This document shows, in pieces, positions 1-9,900 of a stretch of DNA of 57,186 nt (within the stretch, counting starts at the first letter, position 1; each line of letters opens with the position of its first letter). This stretch comes from an uncultured virus (IMG/VR IMGVR_UViG_3300031840_000546). Taxonomy: Duplodnaviria > Heunggongvirae > Uroviricota > Caudoviricetes. Under the pieces are notes generated by a model, which was not told the origin of the DNA, searched no databases, and saw nothing but the letters and a program-made list of their open reading frames with translations. The DNA lies in the IMG/VR virus record IMGVR_UViG_3300031840_000546, one strand, 5' to 3'. The position numbers were made by a program, and so were the translations under genes.

Positions 1-2
1 TC

Positions 3-1163
3 ATGATTGAGCGGTTCTCCACATTTAAAACCCAAAACTTCCGAGAGGGTAACGCAAACATAGTCTCAACAGATTATCCTTTGGGTACACGTTTTATAAT
101 TGTAAACGAACAATCTAAGTTTGAACACGAAACAGAATTTACTCTTACGGACTTAAGCGAAGATGCTGAAGTTATAAAATTTGGCAAGAGTGAACATTCT
201 TTGTCATCTGTAAATTTAATAAGTAATGTCGGAAAACGATACACGTTTTATGGAAATGCGACAACTCTTAATTGTATGTTTGATGTTGTCAAAGAAGAAG
301 TTGTCGAAGAAGAAATTGTTGAACAAGTTAATGATCAAGTTATAGTCGAAGGTAAAAAAGGTGAGCGTGGTCTTCGTGGTTTGATTGGTGAACAGGGTCC
401 AGCAGGTCCGATGGGTTTGATGGGACCGAAAGGTGATCGCGGTGAACAGGGCATACAAGGTATTCAAGGCGAACAAGGTATACAAGGTGAACGTGGACTC
501 ATTGGTGAACAAGGTGAACAAGGATTACAAGGTGTTCAGGGTGAGCGTGGTGAACAAGGAGAGAAAGGCGACATCGGTGAACAAGGTATTCAGGGTTTCC
601 GTGGAGAGCAAGGACCAAAAGGCGATAAAGGCGAAAAGGGAGATCGTGGAGAGCAGGGTATTCAAGGTGAAAGAGGTTTAATTGGTGAACAGGGAATACA
701 GGGCATCCAAGGCGAACGCGGAACAGACGGAATACAAGGAGTAAAAGGTGATCAGGGTGAGCGAGGTGAGCAAGGTCAGATCGGTCCACAAGGTTTGCAG
801 GGTCCACAAGGTCCGAAAGGTGACAGAGGAGAGAGAGGCGAAAAAGGAGAGCGGGGTGAAAAGGGAGATCCTGCACCACCATTCAGGATTCGTGAGGGTA
901 ACGGCTTAAAATTAAATGAGCAAAGAAACGAACTATGGTTAGATCCAAAAACTTTCCCACCAATTCCACTCGGTCAACTTGGTGGTGCTGTCATCGGTGG
1001 TGGTGGTAGTAATACTGGTGTGAAACAAAACAATAAAAAGATTATGGATACCGCAAGATTCATAAACTTCGATAGCGGATTCACTGCTGAGAGAAGAGGT
1101 GGTGAAGGAAAAGGAACCGCTACAATTTCGATAAATAACATAGACGGTGGTACTTTCGTTTAA
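3..1163 (+). CDS. Collagen-like (Gly-X-Y) fibre protein, possibly 5'-truncated by the window edge
   Basis: 58 uninterrupted G-X-Y triplets (GKK...GDP); C-terminal IDGGTF ending typical of T4-like fibre proteins. Confidence 0.85.
   Translation: MIERFSTFKTQNFREGNANIVSTDYPLGTRFIIVNEQSKFEHETEFTLTDLSEDAEVIKFGKSEHSLSSVNLISNVGKRYTFYGNATTLNCMFDVVKEEVVEEEIVEQVNDQVIVEGKKGERGLRGLIGEQGPAGPMGLMGPKGDRGEQGIQGIQGEQGIQGERGLIGEQGEQGLQGVQGERGEQGEKGDIGEQGIQGFRGEQGPKGDKGEKGDRGEQGIQGERGLIGEQGIQGIQGERGTDGIQGVKGDQGERGEQGQIGPQGLQGPQGPKGDRGERGEKGERGEKGDPAPPFRIREGNGLKLNEQRNELWLDPKTFPPIPLGQLGGAVIGGGGSNTGVKQNNKKIMDTARFINFDSGFTAERRGGEGKGTATISINNIDGGTFV
351..872 (+). repeat. Collagen triplet-encoding 9-bp periodic repeat
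   Basis: Degenerate ggNgaRcaR/ggNatNcaR units giving 58 G-X-Y triplets. Confidence 0.9.
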
Positions 1164-1172
1164 GGATAATAT

Positions 1173-2924
1173 ATGGCAACTCATATTCAAATTCATAGAT
1201 CAGCAATAGCAGGAGCAACCCCAAGTGTCGAAACGATGCTTGAGGGTGAAGTTGCTGTTAACTTGACCGATAAGAAGTTATTCGTAAAAGGTGCGACGGG
1301 AGAACTTATAACTCTTGTTGAACCACAGACCCACGGTCAAACAGATCACGTTACTCTGCTCGGTGGTGCATCTGGGTCTATAACTTTATCTGGTGATCTA
1401 TCTGTCACAAATAATGTGTTGGGTGTTGATGAATCAAAACTTCAAGCGGTAACAACATTCAATGGTGCTACGGGTGACGTTCAAGGTATGTCATCATTCA
1501 ACGGACTAACTGGAGATGTGACATCGGGTATATCATTTAGCATTCATGGAATCACATTCTCTGATAACACATTCCAAAGATCCGCATCTCAAAATGGATT
1601 TAGATATAAGACAGACACAGAGAGTGGCGCTCAAAATGACGCTGGACGTTTAAATGTTAACATGGATACTTTAGGTGAAATTGATTTTGTCAGCATCAAT
1701 ACAACAGACCTTAACGGTACGAATCTTACACCGCTTTTTACTTTGATTCAACAAAGAGGCGGAATTATCAACGTGTTCGATGGTGACTATAGTAATAAAT
1801 TCATTGTTATAGTCAATCCTGATCCCGACTTCGATGGATCTTTTTCTTCGGGTGAGAATGAAACAAACATAACCTCAACAGTATTCCAGCACTCTACTTC
1901 ATCCACTGCTCCACCAAACGTATCAACGGGAGCGGTTATAGACAATGGTTCTACAGACTTTAACAATAATTTAGGTAAAGATGCGTATGTGCAAATTATT
2001 CCGAATACAAATACATTCATTACACAATTCAATGGATCGACTGGTGAACTCATCGGAGAAGGTACTCAAAATGCTAGAATGAGTATCGTGACCCATACAT
2101 CACAGTTCCCTGTGGGTGGACTGTCCGCAGACGGAATGATTGAAGTTTACAATCTCGGTATCTCTGGACCTGATGGTATCACATTCGACAATGGATTGAG
2201 ACTAGATCCCACAGGAATCGAAAGACTTACTATCGTTCCAAAAACTGGTAATGCGATATTAGAGTTAGGAACAGCGACAGGATTCATAAGATCTCTGAAC
2301 CAAGAACCAGCGATTAAGATTGAGGCTAATAATAAAGTAACTCTGGGTGATCCAGAGGAGGCTGGAAATGCATCGACTCTAATTATAGATGATTCCACTA
2401 CATCGATCACCGCAAATGTTGATGTGTCCGCACCCAATGTAAATGTAGCAGGTAATATTGTTCATACTGGGGACACTGATACAAAGATTGAGTTTACTTC
2501 CAATACAATCAAAGTCGTTCAAGGTGGTGATCGTCATCAACTCCAAAGACAAAAAGATACCGCTCAGTTTTCAGTTGTTTCGAGCAGTGCGGTTGACTCA
2601 GGGAACACTCTTGGACACAAGGTTCAAGGACTGAAACACATTCCTTACGATGCTACGTTTACAAATGTATTTGTTCGTGGTTCCACACTCGGTGGTCTAG
2701 AACTCGCAATCAATAAAGCAGGTAGTGATCCACTTGGACACGCAGCGAACGGTGCGACAGAATTAATCACCGCAAACATACCTGTTGGTTCACAGGGTGT
2801 TTCGTTCAGCAGTGGTTTCACTGCGTCGGGTGTGTCTGCGAACGACTTTATTTACTTGAGAGTGAAAAGCAACAACGCTGGAGCGACAGCAATCCAAGCG
2901 TTAGTTACTTATACGAGGGACTGA
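1173..2924 (+). CDS. Tail fibre-like structural protein
   Basis: N-terminal IQIHRS..GATP...EGEVAVNLTDKKLF motif typical of phage fibre anchor domains; G/T/S-rich repeats (FNGATGDV, FNGLTGDV, FNGSTGEL). Confidence 0.7.
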   Translation: MATHIQIHRSAIAGATPSVETMLEGEVAVNLTDKKLFVKGATGELITLVEPQTHGQTDHVTLLGGASGSITLSGDLSVTNNVLGVDESKLQAVTTFNGATGDVQGMSSFNGLTGDVTSGISFSIHGITFSDNTFQRSASQNGFRYKTDTESGAQNDAGRLNVNMDTLGEIDFVSINTTDLNGTNLTPLFTLIQQRGGIINVFDGDYSNKFIVIVNPDPDFDGSFSSGENETNITSTVFQHSTSSTAPPNVSTGAVIDNGSTDFNNNLGKDAYVQIIPNTNTFITQFNGSTGELIGEGTQNARMSIVTHTSQFPVGGLSADGMIEVYNLGISGPDGITFDNGLRLDPTGIERLTIVPKTGNAILELGTATGFIRSLNQEPAIKIEANNKVTLGDPEEAGNASTLIIDDSTTSITANVDVSAPNVNVAGNIVHTGDTDTKIEFTSNTIKVVQGGDRHQLQRQKDTAQFSVVSSSAVDSGNTLGHKVQGLKHIPYDATFTNVFVRGSTLGGLELAINKAGSDPLGHAANGATELITANIPVGSQGVSFSSGFTASGVSANDFIYLRVKSNNAGATAIQALVTYTRD

Positions 2925-2925
2925 T

Positions 2926-4068
2926 ATGGCATTAACTGATGTTTTTATTTCACCATCAGGAGCAGGTGATAACTCAGGTAGTTCTGTCGCAAACGCTCTT
3001 CCCGCCGTTAGTGGTGGAGACTGGTCAACGAACATTGAGGGTCTAACCAGAGCAAATCGTCGCTTTATTTTTCTTGAAGGCACTTACAATGTGTCCTCAG
3101 AATTAGTCTTTACAACAAGTGATCCGACTATAACAGATCCGAACATATGGGTTGGTGCAAAGAGTGACGGAACACTTCTTGAACCACAGTTTGACGAAAC
3201 AGGTATGCACCTCGTCACAGACAACTATCCAAAAATAATTAACTCTGCTAACACTAATCTCATCGACACTTCTGCGACTGAAGTATTCAAGTGCATCTAC
3301 TTTGAAAATACGAATGCCAGTAGAAATGGTTTTCTCATTAATAATGTTTTTAGCGAAGCAAAGAATCTCTCATTCATAGGGTGCTATGGAAAGATAACAC
3401 CCAACGGAACGAGTTCGACTATTTTTCAAGTTTGGGGTGGGACTGCACTGATGTGTGAAGCAGTGATGAATGGCACCAACTACAGAAACATCATCAATGC
3501 AGGAGGAACAAATCAATCTGCTGTTATTAATTGTCGTGTGTATGGTGGAGGTAAAAGTGGAACCAATCAGGGTCGAGGAATTGAGTTGGACACACAAAAT
3601 GATTCTGTCGTTGAAACTTTGATTTATAATGTTCACGGTCCTGCACTTTATAATGGAACAAGTGATGATCGAAATTCAAACATGATAAATTGCACCGTCA
3701 TTTCTATTGGTGGTGATGGATATGACACTTCTGCTCAAACAGATGATCAGAGAGGAACTTCTATTCATGGAAATATATTCTTTGATGTAGATGGTGATGG
3801 TGTAAAAGCAAATGCAAATGATGATGATATTGTTATCGCATCCTTTAATGCTTTTGGTAGCATTGGTGGATCAAATTTTGTAAATCTAGATTCGTATGAA
3901 TCTATGGCAACACTCGGAAACAAAACTGTCTCGGAGAATGACTTTGTTGATTTTGCAAATCAAGATTTTAGAATAGCAAGATCTTCACCATTGTATAAGG
4001 GTATCGGTGGGACTCGAAACTTTGGTGCGATTCAAAACCAAGATTTTGAATTTACAGGAGCAGGATAA
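2926..4068 (+). CDS. Right-handed beta-helix (pectin-lyase-like) protein, paralogue 1
   Basis: VFISPSGAGDNSGSSVANALP start, FLEGTY, Asn-rich repeats, FVDFANQDFRI..SSP...NFGAIQ end. Confidence 0.65.
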   Translation: MALTDVFISPSGAGDNSGSSVANALPAVSGGDWSTNIEGLTRANRRFIFLEGTYNVSSELVFTTSDPTITDPNIWVGAKSDGTLLEPQFDETGMHLVTDNYPKIINSANTNLIDTSATEVFKCIYFENTNASRNGFLINNVFSEAKNLSFIGCYGKITPNGTSSTIFQVWGGTALMCEAVMNGTNYRNIINAGGTNQSAVINCRVYGGGKSGTNQGRGIELDTQNDSVVETLIYNVHGPALYNGTSDDRNSNMINCTVISIGGDGYDTSAQTDDQRGTSIHGNIFFDVDGDGVKANANDDDIVIASFNAFGSIGGSNFVNLDSYESMATLGNKTVSENDFVDFANQDFRIARSSPLYKGIGGTRNFGAIQNQDFEFTGAG

Positions 4069-5228
4069 TGTCGGTTACAGATTTGTTTTTTTCTCCAACA
4101 GGTGCAGGTGATAACTCAGGAGACTCTGTAGCGAATGCGATTCCAGCAACGAATGGTTCTGGAGACTGGTCTACTGAGATCAAAAGTCAAGATCGTCAAA
4201 ACAAAAGATGGATCTTCTTAGAGGGAACATACAATGTAAGTTCTGAACTTGTTTCAACGGGATCAGAGGCAACAGACACGCAACCAAACTTTTGGGTGGG
4301 TGCAAAATCAGATGGGACAATACTTGAACCATCTTTTGATGAAACTGGTATGCATCTTGACACCACACACTACCCGATGATTATCAATAGTGCTAATACA
4401 GCGATTTATGACAGCGACTCGCAAGGTCACTTTTATTGTATTGGTTTTGTAAATACAAATTCTTCGTATGGTCGTGATGGTGTTTTAAATAATGTTTTCA
4501 GTGAACTTCTTTATGTGTCTTATCTGGGATGCTTCTTCAAGGCAAAAGTAACAATCAACACAAACACATCTGTTGCTAAGGTTATAGGTGGTAATTTTAT
4601 CATGTGTGAAGTTGTAGCAGAACCAGACAGTGATAATTTAGGAGCAGTTTTGGATGCGAGTGGAACACATAATAATGTGATAGCAGATTGTCGAATATAT
4701 GGACCAGGCAAGACTCAATCTATCAGTGCTTCGACTGCTCATCACATCATATCTACAGCCAATGTCGTTGGAACACACATACTCTATACATTGATGGCAG
4801 ATGGAGCAGCGGACGGATTTCATTTTGATGCGACATCTACAAACAGAAATAGTGTAATTTATAAAAACACTTTTGTAAATCTTGCTGGTGATGCTATGGA
4901 TTTTCAAGAGTTAGATACATCCACACAAGGACATCGTGTTGACGGTAACATAGCATTTAATGTAGATGGTAATTTTGTAGAGTCTGATGCAGAGGGTAAA
5001 CTGTTGTCATCAAAAAATTCATACTCTGGTTCGGGAGCATACTTTAATGGCATCACAGAGTTTAGTGTATTGAATACTGAAATTACTACGGCTACAGGTG
5101 ACTTTTTTGACTATGCAAATGCAGACTATCGAGTAAAAAAGAACTCAAATGTTTTCAATAGATATAAGAGTGCTGGGAACTTAGGTGCTTTTCAAAACGA
5201 AGATTTCGAGTTTGTTTCCGTAAGTTAA
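4068..5228 (+). CDS. Right-handed beta-helix (pectin-lyase-like) protein, paralogue 2
   Basis: Clear paralogue of the upstream ORF (shared IFLEGTYNVSSELV, WVGAKSDGT.LEP.FDETGMHL, QN.DFEF). Confidence 0.65.
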   Translation: MSVTDLFFSPTGAGDNSGDSVANAIPATNGSGDWSTEIKSQDRQNKRWIFLEGTYNVSSELVSTGSEATDTQPNFWVGAKSDGTILEPSFDETGMHLDTTHYPMIINSANTAIYDSDSQGHFYCIGFVNTNSSYGRDGVLNNVFSELLYVSYLGCFFKAKVTINTNTSVAKVIGGNFIMCEVVAEPDSDNLGAVLDASGTHNNVIADCRIYGPGKTQSISASTAHHIISTANVVGTHILYTLMADGAADGFHFDATSTNRNSVIYKNTFVNLAGDAMDFQELDTSTQGHRVDGNIAFNVDGNFVESDAEGKLLSSKNSYSGSGAYFNGITEFSVLNTEITTATGDFFDYANADYRVKKNSNVFNRYKSAGNLGAFQNEDFEFVSVS

Positions 5229-5230
5229 CA

Positions 5231-5258
5231 TTGACATTCGATTGATCTATGCTACACT
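5231..5258 (+). promoter_or_regulatory. Sigma70-like promoter for the replication block
   Basis: TTGACA-16bp-TACACT with TGn extension, upstream of the dUTPase SD (AAGGAG). Confidence 0.6.
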
Positions 5259-5276
5259 TTGCGAAAAGGAGATAGC

Positions 5277-5759
5277 ATGATATCAACAGTGCCTAAATTA
5301 CAATACTATAAACTTCGTGACGGTGCATCAGCGCCTGAATTTGCTACAGAGGGATCTGCCTGTTTTGATCTTCGTGTTTGCTGGGAAACAGAAGAAGAGA
5401 TGTGGGGACCAATCAAAGGAAGAACCATCAAGAAAGGGAAAAAATTGCTTGTTCCCACAGGACTTGCATTCAACATTCCAGTAGGATACTCAATTCGTTG
5501 GCATCCAAAGTCGGGTCTTGCTTGTAAGCATGGTATTACATTAACAAACTGCGAGGGTATTATTGACTCAGATTATCATCAAGAGGTTTTTGTTTGCGTA
5601 TGGAATACAAGCGACGAAAATGATTACTATCTTCGACAAGGTGATAAAATCTGTCAAGCAGAGTTGGTTCGTAATGAACATTATCATATCGAGGAAACAT
5701 CAGAGCAACCACAAAAAACTACAACCAGAGATGGTGGATTCGGGAGTACGGGTAAATGA
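5277..5759 (+). CDS. dut: Trimeric dUTPase
   Basis: ATEGSACFDL, PKSGLA, GIIDSDY, GDKICQ, RDGGFGSTG motifs; ATG 5277 follows an SD. Confidence 0.95.
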   Translation: MISTVPKLQYYKLRDGASAPEFATEGSACFDLRVCWETEEEMWGPIKGRTIKKGKKLLVPTGLAFNIPVGYSIRWHPKSGLACKHGITLTNCEGIIDSDYHQEVFVCVWNTSDENDYYLRQGDKICQAELVRNEHYHIEETSEQPQKTTTRDGGFGSTGK

Positions 5760-6073
5760 CCAGAGATGAATTACTAAAGCACCATGAAACTCTTTGTAAT
5801 GAAGCAAGAGAACTGATGAAAAGTAAAAATCACGACTACGCAGGTGAGGGTGGTACGGAGCCTTTCGCAAACTTTACACGGACAGAAGCGATGGGTGTAT
5901 GTTCGACTGAGCAAGGTTTTCTTGTTCGTGTTGTTGATAAAGTTTCACGCTTGTCAACTTTCACAAGTGCTGGTAAACTAGAAGTCGAGGGTGAAGGTTT
6001 TCACGACTCGGTTGTTGACATTATTAATTATATGGTTTTGTTTAGCGGATACTTAAAAGATAAGAATGACTGA
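5756..6073 (+). CDS. Nucleotide-modification-associated domain protein (DUF1599/Nmad1-like, MazG-like helical)
   Basis: KNHDYA...FANF...RVVDKVSRL...DSVVDIINY motif pattern. Confidence 0.7.
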   Translation: MTRDELLKHHETLCNEARELMKSKNHDYAGEGGTEPFANFTRTEAMGVCSTEQGFLVRVVDKVSRLSTFTSAGKLEVEGEGFHDSVVDIINYMVLFSGYLKDKND

Positions 6074-8639
6074 CTTTTATACGAGTGTTGTCCCATACGG
6101 AGAGAAGATTCTTCTTCGTGGTTATAGAGATGGTAAACCGATCAAGGAGAAGCGAGAGTTTTTTCCTACGCTCTATGTTCCATCAAAACAGAGTAACACT
6201 GGATTCAGAACTCTTGAGGGTGAGTGGGTTGAACCTTTCAAACCAGGCACAATGAGTGACTGTAGATCATTCATCAACAAGTATAAGAGTGTGTCTGGTT
6301 TTGAAGTCTATGGAAACACAGACTACGTTTATCAGTTTATTGCAGACTCATACAAAGGTGAAATTGACTACGACATGTCTCTCATGAAAGTAGCATCAAT
6401 TGATATTGAAACCACATGTGAGAATGGTTTCCCCGATCCCGATGATCCAGTAGAACAACTGATTGCAATCACGGTGAAGTGTAAGGGTAAGTCATATGTG
6501 TTTGGTCTAGGTGAGTTTCATATTGACAAACCAGATGTTCACTGTTTCAAGTTTACCAAAGAGGAGGACTTAGTTGAGTCCTTTATGATTTTCTGGGAGA
6601 AACTGGAACCCGATGTTATTACTGGTTGGAACACACGATTCTTTGACATTCCCTACTTGGTCAATCGCATCATATCTCTGTTCGGTGATGCGTTTGCAAA
6701 GAGACTTTCTCCGTGGAGAAACATCAAGATCAAAGAGGTGACAAAGAGAGGTAGAACCCATCGAGTTTATGACTTGGTTGGTATCGTCTCTTATGATTAC
6801 TATGAACTCTATACTACGTTCACTTATGTTAATCAAGAGTCATATAAACTTGATCACATCGCATACGTTGAACTCGGAGAGCGTAAAGTTTCTCATGATG
6901 AGTTTGATAAGATGTCCGACTTCTATAAGAATGACTTTCAAAAGTTTATGGAATACAACCTCAAGGATGTGGAGTTGGTTGATCGTCTTGAGGACAAACT
7001 TAAGTTGATCGAACTTGCTGTTGCACTTGCGTATTCTGCGAAGGTGAATCTAATGGATGTGTATTCTCAAGTCAGAACTTGGGACTGCATCATTTATCAT
7101 TACCTGTTTGATCATGGTGTGGTGATTCCTCAGAAGAAAGTCTATGAGAAAGACACGCAGTATGCTGGTGCTTTTGTTAAAGAACCAATCACAGGGATGC
7201 ACGACTGGATTGTGTCGCTCGACTTGAACAGTCTGTATCCGCACTTGATCATGCAATACAACATTAGTCCCGAAACAAAAGTGGAGGTTGGTGACAGATT
7301 CGGAATCGGTGTGGATAATCTTCTCAAGAGCAGTCCAGAGATGTATAGCAAACCGTGTCACGAAAAGATCAAACAGTTTATATCTGAGGGTTACTCTGTT
7401 GCAGCAAACGGAACTTGTTATCGAAGAGATGTTCGTGGGTTTCTACCTACGCTCATGGAAAAGATGTATCAAGAACGAAGCATGTATAAGAAAAAGATGA
7501 TCGAAGCACAGAAAGAGTTGGAGGATCTTCCAAACAAAGATATGACAACGCTGGGTCGTGCAGGTTACACGGAGAAACTGAAGAAGGATATATCAAAGTA
7601 TCACAACTTCCAACTGGTTAGAAAGATTCAACTAAACTCCGCTTACGGTGCGATTGGTAATCAATACTTTCGATACTACGATGTCGATAAAGCAGAAGCG
7701 ATCACCATGTCAGGACAGTTAAGTATTCGATGGATTGCTGACAAACTAAACGAGTTTTTGAATGATAGGATCGGAACAGAGGACTATGATTTTGTTGTTG
7801 CATCCGACACAGACTCTGTATATCTTCGCCTCGGTAAACTCGTGGATAAACTTTGTGCTGACAAGTCTAAGGATGAGATCGTAGACTTCTTGGACAAGGC
7901 TTGCACTAAAATTATAGAACCGTTTATTGACAAGTCTTTCGAGGAACTCGCAAGTATGATGAATGCTTACGAAAACAAAATGGTCATGGGTCGTGAAGTT
8001 ATTGCAGACAAAGGTATCTGGACTGCGAAGAAGCGATACATGTTGAATGTGCATGACTCCGAAGGTGTTCGTTATGAAACTCCAAAGGTAAAGATCATGG
8101 GTATTGAAACCACAAGGTCTTCTACTCCAGAGATTGTTCGAAACGAACTCAAGGAAGTTATTCGTTTGATTCTAACCACCGATGAAGCGACAATTATAAA
8201 TCAAGTTGAAAAGGTCAGGAGTAAGTTTTTCAACTCTACACCAGAGGAGATCGCCTTTCCTCGAAGCGTTCGTGGTTTGAGAAAATATTCCGATAGAGAA
8301 TGTATTTACAAGAAATCTACTCCGATTGCAGTAAAAGGCGCACTGATCTATAATAACTATTTACGAGAGTTTGATCTCACGAAGAAGTATCCCCTAATCA
8401 CAGAGGGTGATAAAATTAAATTCTTGTATCTCAAGAAACCCAATCCACTCGGCGGTCAGATGGGAACTGATCAGGTTGTTTCGTTCGTAAATAATCTGCC
8501 TACTGAGTTTGGTCTTGATGGTTTCATCGACTACGAGAAACAGTTTGAAAAGTCATTTCTTGATCCATTGACAAACATCTTAAATATGATAGGATGGTCA
8601 CATGAAAAGAGAACAACATTGGAAGGACTATTTGTATGA
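6066..8639 (+). CDS. 43: T4-like family B DNA polymerase (gp43)
   Basis: Exo DIET; polymerase motifs DLNSLYPH, KIQLNSAYG, DTDS, KKRY; C-terminal clamp-binding LEGLF. Confidence 0.98.
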   Translation: MTDFYTSVVPYGEKILLRGYRDGKPIKEKREFFPTLYVPSKQSNTGFRTLEGEWVEPFKPGTMSDCRSFINKYKSVSGFEVYGNTDYVYQFIADSYKGEIDYDMSLMKVASIDIETTCENGFPDPDDPVEQLIAITVKCKGKSYVFGLGEFHIDKPDVHCFKFTKEEDLVESFMIFWEKLEPDVITGWNTRFFDIPYLVNRIISLFGDAFAKRLSPWRNIKIKEVTKRGRTHRVYDLVGIVSYDYYELYTTFTYVNQESYKLDHIAYVELGERKVSHDEFDKMSDFYKNDFQKFMEYNLKDVELVDRLEDKLKLIELAVALAYSAKVNLMDVYSQVRTWDCIIYHYLFDHGVVIPQKKVYEKDTQYAGAFVKEPITGMHDWIVSLDLNSLYPHLIMQYNISPETKVEVGDRFGIGVDNLLKSSPEMYSKPCHEKIKQFISEGYSVAANGTCYRRDVRGFLPTLMEKMYQERSMYKKKMIEAQKELEDLPNKDMTTLGRAGYTEKLKKDISKYHNFQLVRKIQLNSAYGAIGNQYFRYYDVDKAEAITMSGQLSIRWIADKLNEFLNDRIGTEDYDFVVASDTDSVYLRLGKLVDKLCADKSKDEIVDFLDKACTKIIEPFIDKSFEELASMMNAYENKMVMGREVIADKGIWTAKKRYMLNVHDSEGVRYETPKVKIMGIETTRSSTPEIVRNELKEVIRLILTTDEATIINQVEKVRSKFFNSTPEEIAFPRSVRGLRKYSDRECIYKKSTPIAVKGALIYNNYLREFDLTKKYPLITEGDKIKFLYLKKPNPLGGQMGTDQVVSFVNNLPTEFGLDGFIDYEKQFEKSFLDPLTNILNMIGWSHEKRTTLEGLFV

Positions 8640-8821
8640 CATTCACAGAGGAACAATTGAAAGTAATTAAATGGTTGCTTGAGCGTGAATCAAATCACAT
8701 CAAAGAAATATACAATGTGATGTTGAAAAGCGAATCATCTACAGTGGAACATATTGAAGATGTAACAAACAGGCTAGCAGAAGTAAATGATATATTAAAG
8801 ATGATTGAGAAGGAGCAATAA
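8636..8821 (+). CDS. Small hypothetical coiled-coil protein
   Basis: Overlapping start/stop with both neighbours. Confidence 0.6.
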   Translation: MTFTEEQLKVIKWLLERESNHIKEIYNVMLKSESSTVEHIEDVTNRLAEVNDILKMIEKEQ

Positions 8822-9900
8822 TGAGTAAATTTCTTCATGGGTTGGTTAAAGCGTCGGGTAATGAATATGCAAGCGTTTTGGATGACGGTATTGAGTCGGA
8901 TGTCAACGGTTTTGTTGACACTGGTTCCTACACGTTTAATGCACTTCTTAGTGGTAGTCTTTATGGTGGTATGCCTGATAATAAAATTCTTGCTCTTGCA
9001 GGAGAGTCAGCAACAGGTAAAACTTTCTTTGCTCTCGGAATGGTGAGTAAGTTTTTGGAAACCTATGAAGATGGTGTTGTAATCTACTTTGATTCAGAGC
9101 AAGCAGTGACATCAGACATGTTTGAGGAGCGTGGTGTTGATTCAAGTAGAATTGCTGTGTTCCCGATTGATACTGTTGAAAACTTTAGAACACAAGTTGT
9201 AAAACTCGTTGACAACTATCGTGAACTTTCTCCTGCGGATAAGAAACCAATGATGATTGTTCTCGACTCTCTTGGTATGCTTTCAACCGAGAAAGAAATG
9301 TCGGACACTGCTGAGGGTAAGAATGTTCGTGACATGACACGCGCCCAAGTCATTAAGGCTACTTTTAGAACACTTACACTTAAGTTGGGTCAAGCGGGTA
9401 TTCCGTTGATCATGACTAATCACACATACGATGTCGTTGGTTCTTATGTTCCAATGAAAGAAATGGGTGGTGGATCTGGTCTTAAGTATGCAGCATCTAC
9501 TATTGTTTACCTTTCAAAGAAAAAGGTTCGTGACGGAACAGATGTGGTCGGTAATATTATTAAGTGTAAATTGTATAAGTCACGACTGACAAAAGAAAAC
9601 TCTATGGTCGATGTGATGCTCAACTATGACAGTGGACTGAATCCTTATCACGGTCTTGTCGATCTTGGAATTGAATGTGGGGTATTGAAAAAGGTTTCAA
9701 ATCGTGTAGAATTCCCTGACGGTAGAAAAGCGTATGAGAAGTCAGTCTACAATGAGCCTGAAAAGTATTTCACGGATGAAGTCATGTGGTCGATTGAACA
9801 AGGCGTTGGTAAAATTTTTAAGTATGGATCTTCAGTGTCGGAGAATAAGGTAGAAGATGAACACAGAACAACTAATCCTGTCGAACCTGATCAACAATGA
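8821..9900 (+). CDS. uvsX: UvsX RecA-like recombinase
   Basis: Walker A GESATGKT, YFDSE, VLDSLG, MGGGSGLKYAAS. Confidence 0.95.
   Translation: MSKFLHGLVKASGNEYASVLDDGIESDVNGFVDTGSYTFNALLSGSLYGGMPDNKILALAGESATGKTFFALGMVSKFLETYEDGVVIYFDSEQAVTSDMFEERGVDSSRIAVFPIDTVENFRTQVVKLVDNYRELSPADKKPMMIVLDSLGMLSTEKEMSDTAEGKNVRDMTRAQVIKATFRTLTLKLGQAGIPLIMTNHTYDVVGSYVPMKEMGGGSGLKYAASTIVYLSKKKVRDGTDVVGNIIKCKLYKSRLTKENSMVDVMLNYDSGLNPYHGLVDLGIECGVLKKVSNRVEFPDGRKAYEKSVYNEPEKYFTDEVMWSIEQGVGKIFKYGSSVSENKVEDEHRTTNPVEPDQQ

Noticed and set aside
351..872. DNA-level tandem repeat or CRISPR-like array
   Set aside because: Periodicity is fully explained by collagen Gly-X-Y coding with synonymous variation
2926..5228. 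Diversity-generating retroelement acting on the paralogous genes
   Set aside because: No reverse transcriptase and no adenine-specific TR/VR pair seen; divergence is general
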